Origin: Escherichia coli
GTDB taxonomy: Bacteria; Pseudomonadota; Gammaproteobacteria; Enterobacterales; Enterobacteriaceae
Assembly (NCBI RefSeq): GCF_050920415.1
Contig: NZ_CP169309.1
Reading direction: 5' to 3' (one strand)
DNA length: 64,000 nucleotides
Position 1 is the first letter of the stretch; each line of letters starts with the position of its first letter. Below the pieces are notes generated by a model. That model did no database searches and had not been told where the DNA came from. It saw nothing but the letters and a program-made list of their open reading frames with translations. Shown piece by piece: positions 1-12,512 of this stretch. Made by a program: the position numbers and the translations under genes.

Positions 1-32
1 ATGGTGAATCTCCTGATGGTTTAAAAATAAGG

Positions 33-692
33 TTACGCTGCGGTCGGCTGGCGTAGCGGTATGGCACAAACGCAAGGATTAGCTGCCAGTGGCACAAACT
101 GGCGGGTTGCGCCGTCAAAGGCTGCGATACTGCCGCTTTCAATGTCGTAGACCCAGCCGTGCAGGGCGATCCACCCCTCTTCGAGCGCCAGGCGCACCGA
201 TGGATGAGTTTGCAAATTAGCCAACTGAGCAATGACGTTTTCACGTACCATCGCCGCAGCTTTTGACGCTAAATCGGAATGCGGGCGCGCCTCATTAACG
301 ACGCGGGCTGAATCGGCATAACGCAGCCAGTGGGAAACAGCAGGCATATGGTCCATGCACTGACAGCTGGCAATGGCGGTCATCGCGCCACAGTTGGAAT
401 GACCGCAAATCACAATGTCAGATACCCGAAGCGCAGCGACGGCATACTCCACCGAAGCAGAAACGCCACCAGGTTCCGGTCCGTAGGAAGGGACGATATT
501 GCCTGCGTTGCGAATAACGAACAGATCGCCAGGTTCGCGTTGCGTCACCAGCTCAGGGACCAGACGGCTGTCGGAGCAGGAGATAAAAAGTGTGCGCGGG
601 CTTTGCTGTGTCGCCAGCTGTTTAAACAAGGCTTCCCGCTTCGGAAATGCCTCGCGCTGGAATTTAAGGAATCCATCAATAATCTCTTTCAC
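33..692 (-). CDS. cynT: Carbonic anhydrase CynT (beta class), 219 aa
   Basis: Full-length ORF; translation matches remembered E. coli CynT (CSDSRL and HxxCG zinc-ligand motifs); divergent from the LysR gene cynR as in the cyn operon. cynS would start just beyond position 1. Confidence 0.9.
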   Translation of the reverse strand: MKEIIDGFLKFQREAFPKREALFKQLATQQSPRTLFISCSDSRLVPELVTQREPGDLFVIRNAGNIVPSYGPEPGGVSASVEYAVAALRVSDIVICGHSNCGAMTAIASCQCMDHMPAVSHWLRYADSARVVNEARPHSDLASKAAAMVRENVIAQLANLQTHPSVRLALEEGWIALHGWVYDIESGSIAAFDGATRQFVPLAANPCVCAIPLRQPTAA

Positions 693-801
693 CGTTAACC
701 TCTGTCTGTCTCTGGAATGAGAGGCAGACTACTCGCCGATTGCCATAAGGTAAAAGACTCATTTATGATGAGTTCTATTGGATTTGCTTATAGGTTGGCG
801 A
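693..801. promoter_or_regulatory. cynR–cynT divergent promoter/operator region
   Basis: 109-bp spacer between divergently oriented cynT and cynR; the known arrangement for CynR-controlled cyn promoter. No individual site mapped. Confidence 0.5.
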
Positions 802-1701
802 ATGCTCTCTCGACATATCAATTACTTTCTTGCCGTGGCTGAACATGGCAGCTTCACCCGTGCCGCCAGTGCGTTGCATATCTCCCAACCTGCGCTTTCC
901 CAGCAGATTCGCCAGTTAGAAGAGAGTTTGGGCGTACCGCTGTTTGACCGTAGCGGGCGAACGATTCGTCTCACCGATGCGGGAGAAGTCTGGCGACAGT
1001 ACGCCAGCCGTGCGTTACAGGAACTGGGGGCGGGTAAACGGGCGATTCATGATGTTGCCGATTTGACGCGAGGATCGCTGCGCATCGCCGTCACCCCCAC
1101 CTTCACGAGCTACTTTATCGGCCCTTTAATGGCGGATTTCTATGCGCGTTATCCCGGCATCACGCTCCAGCTACAGGAAATGTCACAGGAGAAAATCGAA
1201 GATCTGCTTTGCCGCGACGAGCTGGATGTTGGGATTGCCTTCGCGCCGGTGCATTCGCCGGAACTGGAGGCAATACCTTTACTGACAGAAAGTTTAGCGT
1301 TAGTCGTGGCGCAACATCATCCACTGGCAGACCATGAACAGGTGGCGTTGAGTCGCTTGCATGATGAAAAACTGGTACTGCTCAGCGCGGAATTTGCCAC
1401 CAGAGAGCAAATTGACCACTACTGCGAGAAAGCGGGGCTACATCCACAGGTGGTGATAGAGGCGAACTCAATTAGCGCAGTTCTGGCGCTGATTCGCCGC
1501 ACTTCCCTTTCCACATTGTTGCCAGCAGCGATTGCCACACAACATGACGGGCTTAAAGCTATATCCCTTGCCCCACCGTTACTGGAGAGAACGGCGGTTT
1601 TGTTGCGGCGGAAAAATAGCTGGCAGACAGCCGCCGCGAAGGCATTTTTGCAAATGGCGTTGGATAAATGCGCGGTTGTTGGCGGGAATGAATCGCGGTA
1701 G
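802..1701 (+). CDS. cynR: LysR-family regulator CynR, 299 aa
   Basis: Track ORF 778..1701; start moved to the internal Met ([22 protein letters not shown]...) to match the remembered 299-aa CynR; N-terminal LysR HTH. Confidence 0.85.
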   Translation: MLSRHINYFLAVAEHGSFTRAASALHISQPALSQQIRQLEESLGVPLFDRSGRTIRLTDAGEVWRQYASRALQELGAGKRAIHDVADLTRGSLRIAVTPTFTSYFIGPLMADFYARYPGITLQLQEMSQEKIEDLLCRDELDVGIAFAPVHSPELEAIPLLTESLALVVAQHHPLADHEQVALSRLHDEKLVLLSAEFATREQIDHYCEKAGLHPQVVIEANSISAVLALIRRTSLSTLLPAAIATQHDGLKAISLAPPLLERTAVLLRRKNSWQTAAAKAFLQMALDKCAVVGGNESR

Positions 1702-1729
1702 CCGCTGACACAGGTCAGCGGCTGGAATT

Positions 1730-1793
1730 GCCTGATGCGGACGCTTATCAGGCCTACGAGTTCAGTGCAAGGCGTTCACGCCGCATCCGACAT
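1730..1793. repeat. REP/BIME element (two inverted REP units) between convergent cynR and codA
   Basis: GCCTGATGCGGACGCTTATCAGGCCTAC and an inverted GGCGTTCACGCCGCATCCG unit seen directly; preceded by a 9-bp GC hairpin at 1702..1723 just after the cynR stop. Confidence 0.8.
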
Positions 1794-1820
1794 AAACTAC
1801 GCTCGCTGCAACCCAGCCGA

Positions 1821-3104
1821 TTACCGTTTGTAATCGATGGCTTCTGGCTGCTCCAGATATACGGTGGTTTGTGCCGGTTGTGTGCTGGCAATCACCTTGC
1901 CGCCACGTACCGAATAACGTACCGGAACCTGACGGCGCAGCGCATCAAATCCATTTTCAGCCGGCAGGATAATCAGGTTGGCGCTGTTTCCGGCGGCAAT
2001 GCCGTAATCCTGCAAATTCAACGTCCTGGCGCTGTGGTGGGTGATTAAATTCAGGCCATCGTTAATCTGCCCGTAGCCCATCAGCTGGCAAACATGCAGC
2101 CCCATATGCAGCACTTGCAGCATATTCGCCGTTCCCAGCGGATACCACGGATCGAAGACATCATCGTGACCAAAGCAGACGTTAATGCCGGACTCCAGCA
2201 TCTCTTTAACGCGCGTAATACCGCGACGTTTTGGATACGTATCGAAACGCCCTTGTAGATGAATATTGACCAGCGGGTTGGCGACAAAGTTAATACCGGA
2301 CATTTTCAGCAAACGGAACAGGCGCGAGGTATACGCCCCGTTATAGGAGTGCATTGCCGTGGTGTGGCTGGCGGTGACTCGCGCGCCCATGCCTTCACGG
2401 TGAGCCAGGGCGGCAACGGTTTCGACAAAGCGCGACTGTTCGTCATCGATCTCATCACAGTGAACATCAATGAGACGGTCGTATTTTTGCGCCAGGGCGA
2501 AGGTTTTATGCAGCGACTCCACGCCATATTCACGGGTAAATTCAAAATGCGGAATCGCCCCCACTACGTCAGCCCCTAAGCGTAACGCCTCTTCCAGCAA
2601 CGCTTCACCGTTGGGATACGACAAAATCCCTTCCTGCGGGAAGGCGACGATTTGCAGATCAATCCACGGCGCGACTTCCTGCTTCACTTCCAGCATTGCT
2701 TTCAGCGCAGTCAGGGTTGCATCCGAAACATCGACATGGGTACGCACATGCTGAATGCCGTTGGCAATCTGCCATTTCAGCGTTTGCCAGGCGCGTTGTT
2801 TCACATCGTCATGGGTTAATAACGCTTTGCGCTCGGCCCAGCGTTCAATGCCTTCAAACAGCGTGCCAGACTGATTCCAGTTCGGTTGCCCGGCGGTTTG
2901 CGTGGTATCCAGGTGAATATGCGGCTCCACAAACGGCGGTAAAACTAAACCTTGCTCGGCATCCAGGCTGTTTTCTGTTACGGGCATCACGCCGGATTGC
3001 GCATCAATGGCGCTGATTTTTCCGTCCTGCAGATGAATCTGCCATAGCCCCTCTTTGCCGGGTAACCGGGCGTTAATAATTGTCTGTAAAGCGTTATTCG
3101 ACAC
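1821..3104 (-). CDS. codA: Cytosine deaminase CodA, 427 aa (GTG start)
   Basis: Track ORF 1821..3119; translation matches CodA (amidohydrolase metal-binding HIHLD motif); start set at the GTG giving [16 protein letters not shown] as remembered for E. coli CodA. Confidence 0.85.
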   Translation of the reverse strand: MSNNALQTIINARLPGKEGLWQIHLQDGKISAIDAQSGVMPVTENSLDAEQGLVLPPFVEPHIHLDTTQTAGQPNWNQSGTLFEGIERWAERKALLTHDDVKQRAWQTLKWQIANGIQHVRTHVDVSDATLTALKAMLEVKQEVAPWIDLQIVAFPQEGILSYPNGEALLEEALRLGADVVGAIPHFEFTREYGVESLHKTFALAQKYDRLIDVHCDEIDDEQSRFVETVAALAHREGMGARVTASHTTAMHSYNGAYTSRLFRLLKMSGINFVANPLVNIHLQGRFDTYPKRRGITRVKEMLESGINVCFGHDDVFDPWYPLGTANMLQVLHMGLHVCQLMGYGQINDGLNLITHHSARTLNLQDYGIAAGNSANLIILPAENGFDALRRQVPVRYSVRGGKVIASTQPAQTTVYLEQPEAIDYKR

Positions 3105-4353
3105 TGTTAGCCTCCACATGCGTCATTGCAGCTGTCGTTTTGCGATTCAAAATCGGGTTAAGGATCAGATAACTCAGCGCACCACCTAATACCGCGTTGA
3201 CCGGAACAATGCCCGGTAACCAGTGGCCTGCGGCAATCCCCAGCGCGACCGCCAGAATCGCCACCCAATTGACACTCATCATACGCGTGGTCGCAAAGTG
3301 CTCATAGCGGCGACGGTTCATCAGATAGTCGGCGATGATCACGCCACCCACCGGAGGAATAGCAGCCGAAAGGAAGGTTAGCCAGCCGACAAAATTGTTA
3401 TACAGCCATAGTGCGCAGACCGTGCCGATAATACCGTTGATTACTGAAAGAGTTTTGCTCGACATACCGGTAATATTGGCGAAACCTAAACCCGACGCAT
3501 AGAGCGCGTTATCGTTGGTGGTCCAGATATTCAACCCCAGCACCACAATCGCGGGCAGCAGCAAGCCCTGAGCAATCATCACATCAGAGATATCCGCCAT
3601 CCCCAGTGCCGCAGCGCCTGCCGCACCGAAAATAAACATCAACGAGTTGCCGAGGAAAAAGGCCACCATCGCCACCAGCACCGCCAGTTTGGCATTGCGA
3701 CCAAAGCGGACAAAGTCAGCGGTGAGCGTACCCGCACTGATAAATGACCCCACAACCAGCGCCAGCGCGACATTGAAATCTAGCGGTTGTGCGGGAACGA
3801 CCGCTTTTAAGGCGTCCAAACCGCCCATGCCGTTAACGGCCAGCCATACGGAATAACCGCCAAGGCAGGCAATCGCCGGAACCGCAATCACCGAAAGTAC
3901 CGTCAGCGCCGAAATGCCAAAGAAGACGGTGACGGTCATCAGTAAACCGGAAACGGCAATCAGCAAATTAATATCCAGCCCGGTTGCCTTGCCCACCGGA
4001 ATAGCAAACATCGCCACGCCAACACCAAACCAGCCGACCTGAGTGCCGCCCAGCAGCAGTGAAGGCAGCCATGAGCCTTTAACACCAAACGAGAAGCGAG
4101 CAAGAAGATGGGTGGTCAGGCCGGTTTTTGCGCCAATGTAACCAAGAAATGAAGTGTAAATACCGAGGAGAAGATTACCGATGAGGACTGCGAGGAAGAA
4201 ATCATGATAGCTAAGACCGGTTCCGAGAGTGCCGCCGGTCCACATACTGGCGGAAAAGAAGGTTAATCCCAGCATGACGAACGTCAATGCCAATACCCCT
4301 TTCCGCGCCGACTGCGGGACTGGCCCCTGGCTAAAGTTGTTATCTTGCGACAC
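3094..4353 (-). CDS. codB: Cytosine permease CodB (NCS1 family), 419 aa
   Basis: Multi-pass hydrophobic protein directly upstream of codA and overlapping its start by 11 nt; length matches CodB. Confidence 0.9.
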   Translation of the reverse strand: MSQDNNFSQGPVPQSARKGVLALTFVMLGLTFFSASMWTGGTLGTGLSYHDFFLAVLIGNLLLGIYTSFLGYIGAKTGLTTHLLARFSFGVKGSWLPSLLLGGTQVGWFGVGVAMFAIPVGKATGLDINLLIAVSGLLMTVTVFFGISALTVLSVIAVPAIACLGGYSVWLAVNGMGGLDALKAVVPAQPLDFNVALALVVGSFISAGTLTADFVRFGRNAKLAVLVAMVAFFLGNSLMFIFGAAGAAALGMADISDVMIAQGLLLPAIVVLGLNIWTTNDNALYASGLGFANITGMSSKTLSVINGIIGTVCALWLYNNFVGWLTFLSAAIPPVGGVIIADYLMNRRRYEHFATTRMMSVNWVAILAVALGIAAGHWLPGIVPVNAVLGGALSYLILNPILNRKTTAAMTHVEANSVE

Positions 4354-4419
4354 GAAATTCCCCCTTTTTGCTGTTTGAAACCCAAAAAATCCGCCGCATT
4401 CTATTCATCTGAAGATAAA

Positions 4420-4435
4420 AAGCAATCGTTTTCGT
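4420..4435. promoter_or_regulatory. Candidate PurR box upstream of codB
   Basis: AAGCAATCGTTTTCGT, 13/16 match to the PurR consensus ACGCAAACGTTTGCGT as I recall it, 67–82 bp upstream of the codB start; codBA is known to be PurR-regulated. Confidence 0.4.
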
Positions 4436-4511
4436 GGAGGGGATATATTTTTTATATGGATGAATGCGGAAAAGTGGATAAAAACTTATTTGAGAAAAAA
4501 TGGGTACACAT

Positions 4512-4678
4512 GATAAGACACGCCTGCCTCGCATCAGGCATCTGCGCACAGTGTCGGATGCGGCGCGTGCGCCTTATCCGACCTACGGTTCAGGCCTGTA
4601 GGCATGATAAGACGCGTCAGCGTCGCATCAGGCATCTGCGCACGGTGTCGGATGCGCCACACGACACATCCGACAACG
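4512..4678. repeat. Cluster of REP units (BIME) between codB upstream region and prpE 3' end
   Basis: Several alternating-orientation copies of GCCTGATGCG...CTTATC(A/C)G(A/G)C-type palindromic units seen directly. Confidence 0.8.
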
Positions 4679-4680
4679 CC

Positions 4681-6567
4681 TTACTCTTCCATCGCCTGGC
4701 GGATCTGATCCAACGACGCAGGATCATCAATGGTCGTCAGATCTCCAGGATCGCGTCCTTCGCAAATCGCCTGGATCGTGCGGCGCAGCATTTTTCCGGA
4801 TCGCGTTTTTGGCAATTGCGAGACAAACCAGACGTGCGCCGGGCGACCAAAGTTGCCAATCTGGCTGTCCACCAGCGCCATAATCGCCTTCTCTTGCGAG
4901 TGCGCCACCTCGCGATCTTCCAGGCTATCGCTCTCTTTCGGAATGACAAACGCCACCGCCACCTGCCCTTTCAGCGCATCTTTCACCCCAACCACCGCCA
5001 CTTCAGCAACGCCCGGATGACTGGAGATACTCTCTTCAATCTCGCGTGTGCCAAGCCGATGCCCGGCAACATTAATTACATCGTCAGTACGCCCGAGAAT
5101 AAAGTGATAACCGTCAGCATCGCGGATGCCCCAGTCAAAGGTGGCGTACACCGGACGGGAAAACAGCGACCAGTACGTCTTCACAAAGCGGTCGTCATCG
5201 CCCCAGATGGTTTGAATACACCCCGGCGGCAGCGGCCCTTCCACCACTACCATCCCTTTCTCGTTGACACCGCACGGTTCGCCGGTGACTTCATTGAGCA
5301 ACTGCACGTTGTATCCATACATCGGCACGCCGGGGCTTCCCAGACGTGTCGGCCTGTCGTCCAGACCACGAGCAATCGCCATAATCGGCCAGCCGGATTC
5401 GGTCTGCCAGTAATTGTCGATGACCGGCACATCCAGCGTATTGCTCACCCAACTGGCAGTCGGCTCATCCAGCGGCTCCCCCGCCAGATAGAGCACTTCC
5501 AGCGACGAGAGATCGTGTTTGCGAATTTCAGCGGTAGGGAATTTTTTCAGCACGCGGATGGCGGTCGGCGCTGAGAACATCCGGCTAACCTGATATTTCT
5601 CGACGATTTTCCACCACACACCGCAGTCAGGATAAGTCGGCAATCCTTCGTAAACAATGGTCGCCATCCCCGCCAGCAGCGGCGCGTAGACGATATACGA
5701 ATGCCCCACTACCCAGCCGATATCTGACGCACAGAAGAACACACCGCCCGCTTTGCCACCAAAAATGGTGTCCATTGAGGTCGCCAGCGCCACCGCATAA
5801 CCGCCGACGTCACGCTGTACACCTTTTGGTTTGCCGGTCGTGCCGGAGGTGTAGAGAATGCAGGAGGTTTCGTTGGATTCCAGCCACGCCACCGGCACCC
5901 GCGCGCCGATGTGCTGATGGCGCAATGACGCGAAATCGACATCCCGTCCGGTAACGCGCGCCATTTTCGCCAGCCCGCGATCCACCAGCAAAACGTGGCG
6001 CGGCTGATGCTGCGCCTGACTTATCGCATCGTCGAGCAATTTTTTATAAGGAATGATTTTGCCACCGCGCGCTCCGGCATCTGCCGAGACAATCAGCACC
6101 GGTTTAGCGTCATCAATCCGCGCAGCCACGCTGTGCGAGGCAAATCCACCAAACACTACCGAGTGAATAGCGCCAATGCGCGCGCAGGCCAGCAGGGTAA
6201 TATGCGCTTCGGCAATCATCGGCATATACACCAGCACCCGATCGCCACGCCGTACGCCCAGTGAGCGCAGCATTGACGCCACCGCGTTCACTTCGTCATG
6301 CAACTGGCGAAAGGTAAAAGTGCGCTCTTCTTCTGTTTCCGAAGAGACGGCAATTAATGCCAGCGCCTCTGGCTGTTTCTCCAGCCAGCGGTCGATGGCG
6401 TTGTGGCACAAATTGGTTCGGCCTTCACAAAACCAACGGGCAAACGGCGGATTGCTGTGATCGAGCGTTTGCGTAAAGGGCGTCTGCCAGTCAATACGCC
6501 GGGCCTGCTCGGCCCAGAATTGCTCCGGTTCGTTAATCGAACGCTGATAAAATTCGCTAAAAGACAT
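4681..6567 (-). CDS. prpE: Propionyl-CoA synthetase PrpE, 628 aa
   Basis: Acyl/propionyl-CoA synthetase (AMP-binding motif YTSGTTGKPKG); last gene of the prpBCDE operon; length matches. Confidence 0.9.
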   Translation of the reverse strand: MSFSEFYQRSINEPEQFWAEQARRIDWQTPFTQTLDHSNPPFARWFCEGRTNLCHNAIDRWLEKQPEALALIAVSSETEEERTFTFRQLHDEVNAVASMLRSLGVRRGDRVLVYMPMIAEAHITLLACARIGAIHSVVFGGFASHSVAARIDDAKPVLIVSADAGARGGKIIPYKKLLDDAISQAQHQPRHVLLVDRGLAKMARVTGRDVDFASLRHQHIGARVPVAWLESNETSCILYTSGTTGKPKGVQRDVGGYAVALATSMDTIFGGKAGGVFFCASDIGWVVGHSYIVYAPLLAGMATIVYEGLPTYPDCGVWWKIVEKYQVSRMFSAPTAIRVLKKFPTAEIRKHDLSSLEVLYLAGEPLDEPTASWVSNTLDVPVIDNYWQTESGWPIMAIARGLDDRPTRLGSPGVPMYGYNVQLLNEVTGEPCGVNEKGMVVVEGPLPPGCIQTIWGDDDRFVKTYWSLFSRPVYATFDWGIRDADGYHFILGRTDDVINVAGHRLGTREIEESISSHPGVAEVAVVGVKDALKGQVAVAFVIPKESDSLEDREVAHSQEKAIMALVDSQIGNFGRPAHVWFVSQLPKTRSGKMLRRTIQAICEGRDPGDLTTIDDPASLDQIRQAMEE

Positions 6568-6606
6568 AATGCTCTCCTGTTGAACTTACGCCTTACCGCC
6601 GTTTAC

Positions 6607-8058
6607 TTAAATGACGTACAGATCGAGATACTCATTGACCGGCATCTGTTCCAGGCGAGCTCTGTCGAGAGAAACGTCCAGAATGCGCTGCTGCTGTCGA
6701 GTCGGGAACTGGCGCGCGAGGTTGATTTTGAATTTATCGACCAGTTTTGGAATACCGTCCTGACGGCGGCGAGCATGACCAATTGGGTACTCCACCACCA
6801 CTTCTTCAAAGCGCGTGCCGTCGGTGAACTCAAGGGTAATGGCATTGGCGATGGCGCGTTTTTCCGGGTCGTGGTAGTCAGCGGTAAATGCCGGATCTTC
6901 AAAGCAATTGATCTTCTCGCGCAGGGTGTCGATGCGTTTATCTTGCGCAAGGTTGTCTTCGTAATCTGCCGCCGTTAAGCGCCCGAATAGCAGCGGGATC
7001 GCCACCATGTACTGAATGCAGTGGTCGCGGTCTGCCGGGTTATTGAGCGGCCCTTTTTTGTCGATGATGCGAATACAGGCTTCGTGGGTGCGAATGGTCA
7101 CTTTTTCGATATCTGCCGCCGTTTTGCCTGCTGCCTGCATCTGTTCATAGAGCGTCATCGCCGCTTCAACTGCCGTCTGGGAGTGGAACTCCGCCGGGAA
7201 GGAGATTTTGAACAGCACATTTTCCATGACGTAGGAACCGTACGGACGCTGGAAGCGGAACGATTCACCTTTAAAGGAGACGTCGTAGAAGCCCCATACC
7301 GGCGCAGTCAGAGCTGACGGGTAACCCATTTCGCCCGTTTTCGCCATCAGCGCCAGACGTACCGCGCGGGACGTGGCATCGCCCGCCGCCCAGGATTTAC
7401 GCGTGCCGGTGTTCGGTGCATGACGATAGGTGCGCAGCGACTGTCCGTCTACCCATGCCAGCGAAACGGCGTTGAGGATTTCATCACGGGTCAGGCCAAG
7501 CATTTCGGCGACCACGGCGGTGGAAGCCACTTTCACTAACAGAACGTGGTCAAGGCCGACGCGATTAAAGGAGTTTTCCAGCGCGATGCAGCCCTGAATT
7601 TCATGGGCTTTAATCATTGCGGTCAGCACCTGTTTCATGGTCAACGGCGCTTTGCCGCTGGCGACCGCGTTGCGTGAAAGCCAGTCTGCCGTTGCCAGAA
7701 TACCGCCGAGGTTGTCGGAAGGATGGCCCCACTCCACCGCCAGCCAGGTATCGTTGAAATCGAGCCAGCGGATCATCGCGCCAATGTTAAATGCCGCCTG
7801 GACGGGGTCGAGCTGGAACTGAGTTCCGGGGACGCGTACGCCGTTAGGTACAACGGTGCCGGGGACAATTGGCCCCAACAGTTTTTTACAGGCCGGGTAT
7901 TCGAGAGCTTCCAGACCGCAGCCGAGGGTGTCGAGCAGGCAGTAATGGGCGGTGTCATAGGCCACTCTGGAGCTGATTTCGTAGTTCATGACGTAATCGA
8001 CAATATCAATAATTTCGCGGTCGAATTCCGGGCGGATGTTGTTGATTTGAGCTGACAT
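6607..8058 (-). CDS. prpD: 2-Methylcitrate dehydratase PrpD, 483 aa
   Basis: MmgE/PrpD-family protein in conserved prp operon position. Confidence 0.9.
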   Translation of the reverse strand: MSAQINNIRPEFDREIIDIVDYVMNYEISSRVAYDTAHYCLLDTLGCGLEALEYPACKKLLGPIVPGTVVPNGVRVPGTQFQLDPVQAAFNIGAMIRWLDFNDTWLAVEWGHPSDNLGGILATADWLSRNAVASGKAPLTMKQVLTAMIKAHEIQGCIALENSFNRVGLDHVLLVKVASTAVVAEMLGLTRDEILNAVSLAWVDGQSLRTYRHAPNTGTRKSWAAGDATSRAVRLALMAKTGEMGYPSALTAPVWGFYDVSFKGESFRFQRPYGSYVMENVLFKISFPAEFHSQTAVEAAMTLYEQMQAAGKTAADIEKVTIRTHEACIRIIDKKGPLNNPADRDHCIQYMVAIPLLFGRLTAADYEDNLAQDKRIDTLREKINCFEDPAFTADYHDPEKRAIANAITLEFTDGTRFEEVVVEYPIGHARRRQDGIPKLVDKFKINLARQFPTRQQQRILDVSLDRARLEQMPVNEYLDLYVI

Positions 8059-8091
8059 TGGGTACGTTTCCTTCTTGTTATTCGTAGAGGT

Positions 8092-9261
8092 TTACTGGCG
8101 CTTATCCAGCGCGACAAACTGGCGGTCTTCAGGGCCAACATAATTGGCGGAAGGACGGATAATTTTGTTGTCCTGACGTTGTTCGATAATGTGCGCCGCC
8201 CAGCCGGTGACGCGGGCGATAACAAACAGTGGCGTGAACATCTCGGTGGGAACGCCCATCATGTTGTAGGAAACAGCGGAGAACCAGTCGAGATTGGGGA
8301 ACATTTTTTTGCTCTCCCACATTACCGTTTCCAGGCGATCGGCGATGTTGTACATCTTCAGCGAGCCGCCTTCCTGCGAGAGCTGCTTCGCCACTCGTTT
8401 AATCACCTGATGACGCGGGTCGGCGATGGTATAAACCGGATGCCCAAAACCAATCACCACTTCTTTGTTTTCAACCCGCTTGCGGATATCAGCTTCGGCT
8501 TCGTCCGGCGTTTCATAGCGTTGCTGGATCTCCAGCGACACTTCATTCGCCCCGCCGTGTTTCGGCCCGCGCAGTGCGCCAATCGCGCCGATAATGGCTG
8601 AATACATGTCAGAGCCGGTGCCCGCAATCACCCGGCTGGTAAAGGTGGAGGCGTTAAACTCGTGTTCGGCGTACAGCACCAGCGAAATATGCATCGCCTT
8701 TTCCCAGCTTTGCGACGGCTTTTCGCCGTGCAGCAAATGCAGGAAGTGACCGCCGATGGAGTCGTCATCGGTTTCCGGCTGGATGCGTTCGCCGTTGTGG
8801 CTGTAGTGATACCAGTAGAGAAGAATCGAGCTAAGCGACGCTAATAATTTGTCGGCAATATCCCGCGCGCCGGAAACGGTATGCCCCTCTTTTTCTGGCA
8901 GCGTGCAGCCGAGCGCGGAAACCCCGGTGCGCATAACATCCATCGGGTGCGACGCCGCTGGTAAGGCTTCCAGCACGGTACGCACGTTAGCCGGTAAACC
9001 GCGCAGGGCTTTCAGTTTTGTTTTGTAAGCGGCGAGTTCGTCACGGGTCGGCAGTTTGCCATGGATCAGCAGATGCGCCACTTCTTCAAATTCGCAATGT
9101 TCCGCCAGATCAAGAATATCGTAGCCGCGGTAATGCAGGTCATTGCCGCTTTTACCCACCGTACACAGCGCCGTATTGCCCGCCGGAACGCCAGAAAGTG
9201 CCACAGATTTTTTCGGTTTAATGACATGGGTACTGTTTTGCAGGATCGTTGTGTCGCTCAT
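8092..9261 (-). CDS. prpC: 2-Methylcitrate synthase PrpC, 389 aa
   Basis: Citrate-synthase-family protein in prp operon. Confidence 0.9.
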   Translation of the reverse strand: MSDTTILQNSTHVIKPKKSVALSGVPAGNTALCTVGKSGNDLHYRGYDILDLAEHCEFEEVAHLLIHGKLPTRDELAAYKTKLKALRGLPANVRTVLEALPAASHPMDVMRTGVSALGCTLPEKEGHTVSGARDIADKLLASLSSILLYWYHYSHNGERIQPETDDDSIGGHFLHLLHGEKPSQSWEKAMHISLVLYAEHEFNASTFTSRVIAGTGSDMYSAIIGAIGALRGPKHGGANEVSLEIQQRYETPDEAEADIRKRVENKEVVIGFGHPVYTIADPRHQVIKRVAKQLSQEGGSLKMYNIADRLETVMWESKKMFPNLDWFSAVSYNMMGVPTEMFTPLFVIARVTGWAAHIIEQRQDNKIIRPSANYVGPEDRQFVALDKRQ

Positions 9262-9302
9262 GTTGTCCTCGTCATTGTTATCATTTGTAGGGTCGAGAAT
9301 GT

Positions 9303-9400
9303 TGTCGGATGCGACGCTATGCGTCTTATCCGACCTACAGTTCAGTTCATCCCGTAGGCCTGATAAGCCGCGTCAGCGGCGCATCAGGCATCGGTTGTCG
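9303..9400. repeat. REP/BIME element in the prpB–prpC spacer
   Basis: Inverted REP units (…GTAGGCCTGATAAG…GCATCAGGCA…) seen directly. Confidence 0.75.
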
Positions 9401-9423
9401 AATACAACCAACGGGCGTTTGTT

Positions 9424-10314
9424 TTATTTCGTCTGGCTACGGGCAAACAGGTCGTCGAGCTTTTCTTCGTACTGGTAGTAGTTAATGCTTTCATACAGCT
9501 CGTTGCGGGTCTGCATGGTGTCGATGACGCTTTTCTGCGTGCCTTCCTGGCGCAGGACATTGTAGACATGTTCAGCGGCGCGGTTCATTGCGCGGAAAGC
9601 AGAAAGGGGATACAGCGCCATTGCGACATGGGCGCTGCGTAATTCGTCGGTGGTAAACAGCGGCGTGGCACCAAATTCAGTAATGTTGGCAAGGATCGGC
9701 ACCTGCACCGCATCGGCAAACTGGCGGTACATGGCGAGTTCGGTAATTGCTTCCGGGAACAACATCTCGGCACCCGCTTCAACATAGGCCTGCGCACGCT
9801 CGAGCGCCGCATCCAGCCCTTCAACCGCCAGCGCATCGGTGCGCGCCATGATCACAAAATCAGGATCGGTTTTCGCATCCACCGCCGCGCGGATCCGATC
9901 CACCATTTCTTCTTTTGAAACGATCGCTTTGTTCGGACGATGTCCGCAGCGTTTTGCTCCAACCTGATCTTCAATATGTAAGCCCGCCGCACCGGCTTTA
10001 ATCATCGATTTCACGGTGCGGGCAACGTTAAAGGCCGAAGAGCCAAAACCGATATCCGCATCCACCAGCAGCGGCAGCGAGCAGACGTCGGTGATACGAC
10101 GAATATCAGTCAGCACATCATCAAGAGTAGAAATACCGAGATCCGGCAACCCCAGCGAACCTGCCGCCACACCACCGCCGGAGAGATAAATCGCCTGATA
10201 TCCGGCACGCTGCGCCAGCAGCGCATGGTTGGCGTTAATGGTGCCGACAATCTGCAATGGATTTTCTTTAGACAGTGCAGCGCGAAACGCTTTACCTGGA
10301 GAGTGTAGAGACAT
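9424..10314 (-). CDS. prpB: 2-Methylisocitrate lyase PrpB, 296 aa
   Basis: PEP-mutase/isocitrate-lyase-family protein; first gene of prpBCDE. Confidence 0.9.
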   Translation of the reverse strand: MSLHSPGKAFRAALSKENPLQIVGTINANHALLAQRAGYQAIYLSGGGVAAGSLGLPDLGISTLDDVLTDIRRITDVCSLPLLVDADIGFGSSAFNVARTVKSMIKAGAAGLHIEDQVGAKRCGHRPNKAIVSKEEMVDRIRAAVDAKTDPDFVIMARTDALAVEGLDAALERAQAYVEAGAEMLFPEAITELAMYRQFADAVQVPILANITEFGATPLFTTDELRSAHVAMALYPLSAFRAMNRAAEHVYNVLRQEGTQKSVIDTMQTRNELYESINYYQYEEKLDDLFARSQTK

Positions 10315-10360
10315 AGCCCATCCTTTGTTATCAACTTGTTATTTACGTTGATAAACTCAG

Positions 10361-10376
10361 AGCAAGGGGTGTGCCA
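10361..10376 (-). promoter_or_regulatory. Sigma-54 (-24/-12) promoter of prpBCDE
   Basis: On the minus strand reads TGGCAC-N5-TTGCT, a near-perfect sigma-54 consensus, about 50 bp upstream of the prpB start and adjacent to the sigma-54 activator gene prpR. Confidence 0.7.
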
Positions 10377-10552
10377 CAATTACCTGGATGAAATTAAATG
10401 TTTTATTTCAATTTGTTATAGATAAAGCCATGAAGTAATCCGCAAATATGCGTTTCAGTTAACGTTTCAGGCAATGTTTCACTGCGTTTCATTGCAACAA
10501 TTATGAAACAAGACTAAACCCATTATTCGGTTTCTTAACTTTGCGGTGCGCT

Positions 10553-12139
10553 ATGGCACATCCACCACGGCTGAATGACGACAAACCGGTTATCTGGACG
10601 GTATCTGTAACGCGGCTGTTCGAGCTATTTCGCGATATCAGCCTCGAGTTTGATCACCTGGCAAACATTACTCCTATCCAGCTTGGCTTTGAAAAAGCAG
10701 TGACCTACATCCGCAAAAAACTGGCCAGCGAACGCTGCGACGCCATCATTGCCGCTGGCTCTAACGGTGCGTACCTGAAAAGCCGCCTGTCGGTACCGGT
10801 GATTCTGATAAAACCGAGTGGCTATGATGTGTTACAGGCACTGGCAAAAGCTGGAAAACTCACCTCTTCTATCGGCGTTGTCACCTATCAGGAAACCATT
10901 CCGGCACTGGTAGCGTTTCAAAAAACCTTTAATTTGCGCCTCGACCAACGTAGCTACATTACCGAAGAAGACGCACGTGGGCAGATTAACGAGCTAAAAG
11001 CCAACGGCACCGAAGCGGTGGTCGGCGCGGGGCTGATTACCGATCTGGCAGAAGAAGCCGGAATGACCGGAATTTTTATCTATTCTGCCGCCACCGTGCG
11101 CCAGGCATTTAGCGATGCGCTGGATATGACGCGCATGTCGTTACGCCATAATACTCACGATGCCACCCGCAACGCCCTGCGTACTCGTTACGTGCTGGGC
11201 GATATGCTCGGTCAATCACCACAGATGGAACAGGTACGGCAGACTATTTTGCTGTATGCCCGCTCCAGTGCGGCGGTGTTGATTGAAGGGGAAACGGGGA
11301 CGGGCAAAGAGCTGGCGGCCCAGGCGATTCATCGGGAATATTTTGCCCGCCACGATGCGCGACAGGGCAAAAAGTCACATCCGTTTGTTGCCGTCAACTG
11401 CGGGGCGATTGCTGAATCTCTGCTGGAAGCGGAGCTGTTTGGCTATGAGGAAGGGGCGTTTACCGGCTCGCGACGCGGAGGACGCGCCGGGCTGTTTGAA
11501 ATCGCCCACGGTGGCACGCTGTTTCTTGACGAGATAGGCGAAATGCCGCTGCCGTTGCAGACCCGGCTGCTGCGGGTGCTGGAAGAAAAAGAGGTCACCC
11601 GCGTCGGCGGGCATCAGCCTGTTCCGGTGGATGTGCGGGTTATTAGCGCCACTCACTGCAATCTCGAAGAGGATATGCAGCAAGGGCGTTTTCGCCGTGA
11701 TCTGTTTTATCGACTGAGTATTTTGCGTCTGCAATTGCCGCCGCTACGCGAGCGGGTGGCGGATATTCTGCCGCTGGCGGAAAGCTTTTTGAAAGTGTCA
11801 CTGGCGGCACTTACTGCGCCGTTTTCTTCCGCGTTACGTCAGGGATTACAGGCAAGTGAAACTGTGCTGTTGCGCTACAACTGGCCGGGAAATATTCGTG
11901 AACTGCGCAATATGATGGAACGACTGGCGCTATTTTTAAGTGTGGAACCGACGCCGGATTTAACGCCGCAATTTTTGCAGTTGCTACTGCCGGAACTGGC
12001 GCGCGAGTCGGCGGAAACTCCCGGTCCATGCTTACTGACGCCACAACAGGCACTGGAGAAATTTAATGGCGATAAAACAGCCGCGGCGAATTATTTAGGT
12101 ATCAGCCGAACGACATTCTGGCGGCGGCTGAAAAACTGA
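10553..12139 (+). CDS. prpR: Sigma-54-dependent transcriptional activator PrpR, 528 aa
   Basis: Track ORF 10541..12139; AAA+ sigma-54 interaction domain ([14 protein letters not shown] motifs) and C-terminal HTH; start set at [13 protein letters not shown] to match the remembered PrpR. Confidence 0.9.
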   Translation: MAHPPRLNDDKPVIWTVSVTRLFELFRDISLEFDHLANITPIQLGFEKAVTYIRKKLASERCDAIIAAGSNGAYLKSRLSVPVILIKPSGYDVLQALAKAGKLTSSIGVVTYQETIPALVAFQKTFNLRLDQRSYITEEDARGQINELKANGTEAVVGAGLITDLAEEAGMTGIFIYSAATVRQAFSDALDMTRMSLRHNTHDATRNALRTRYVLGDMLGQSPQMEQVRQTILLYARSSAAVLIEGETGTGKELAAQAIHREYFARHDARQGKKSHPFVAVNCGAIAESLLEAELFGYEEGAFTGSRRGGRAGLFEIAHGGTLFLDEIGEMPLPLQTRLLRVLEEKEVTRVGGHQPVPVDVRVISATHCNLEEDMQQGRFRRDLFYRLSILRLQLPPLRERVADILPLAESFLKVSLAALTAPFSSALRQGLQASETVLLRYNWPGNIRELRNMMERLALFLSVEPTPDLTPQFLQLLLPELARESAETPGPCLLTPQQALEKFNGDKTAAANYLGISRTTFWRRLKN

Positions 12140-12236
12140 AATGCCGAATCCAGCGCGAACGCCTTATCCGGCATAAATTTCAATAGATGATCACCGATAA
12201 ACTTACGCATCGGGCATGTTTACATGGGGTGCAGAA

Positions 12237-12512
12237 TTATTTCTTCTTATAAATATTTGCCGTGCCGTGGATCTTATTGTCAGTTTGACCAGAGGTCAGC
12301 ACCAACACATCTGCCCCTTTTTCATCCGCTTTTTTGATCAGATCTTCTTTCGCATCTGCAGTCGACATTTCATTACTGGTTGAAATATCACCTATTTTTT
12401 CATATTGCGATGCAACTTTTTCAAATTCTGCTTTGGTCATTAATTCTGCGGCATAAACGTTGGTAACGGCAAACGCTAACGCACCGATTAACATTTTAGA
12501 GATTATTTTCAT
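12237..12512 (-). CDS. yahO: DUF1471 (YhcN/YdgH-family) periplasmic protein YahO, 91 aa
   Basis: Signal peptide followed by a DUF1471-like sequence ending GTANIYKKK; matches remembered YahO. Confidence 0.8.
   Translation of the reverse strand: MKIISKMLIGALAFAVTNVYAAELMTKAEFEKVASQYEKIGDISTSNEMSTADAKEDLIKKADEKGADVLVLTSGQTDNKIHGTANIYKKK

Noticed and set aside
4345-5574. 409-aa plus-strand ORF antisense to prpE, and similar long antisense or out-of-frame ORFs (e.g. 6403..6978, 21777..22418, 22773..23669, 23739..24779, 33606..34232, 42486..43184)
   Set aside because: They lie entirely within well-supported genes on the opposite strand or in another frame, have Arg/His-rich low-complexity translations typical of shadow ORFs in GC-rich coding DNA, and have no ribosome-binding sites or operon context.
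12141-12174. REP-like palindrome after prpR (ATGCCGAATCCAGCGCGAACGCCTTATCCGGCAT)
   Set aside because: Resembles a degenerate single REP unit, but the match to the canonical REP consensus is partial; not listed as a feature.
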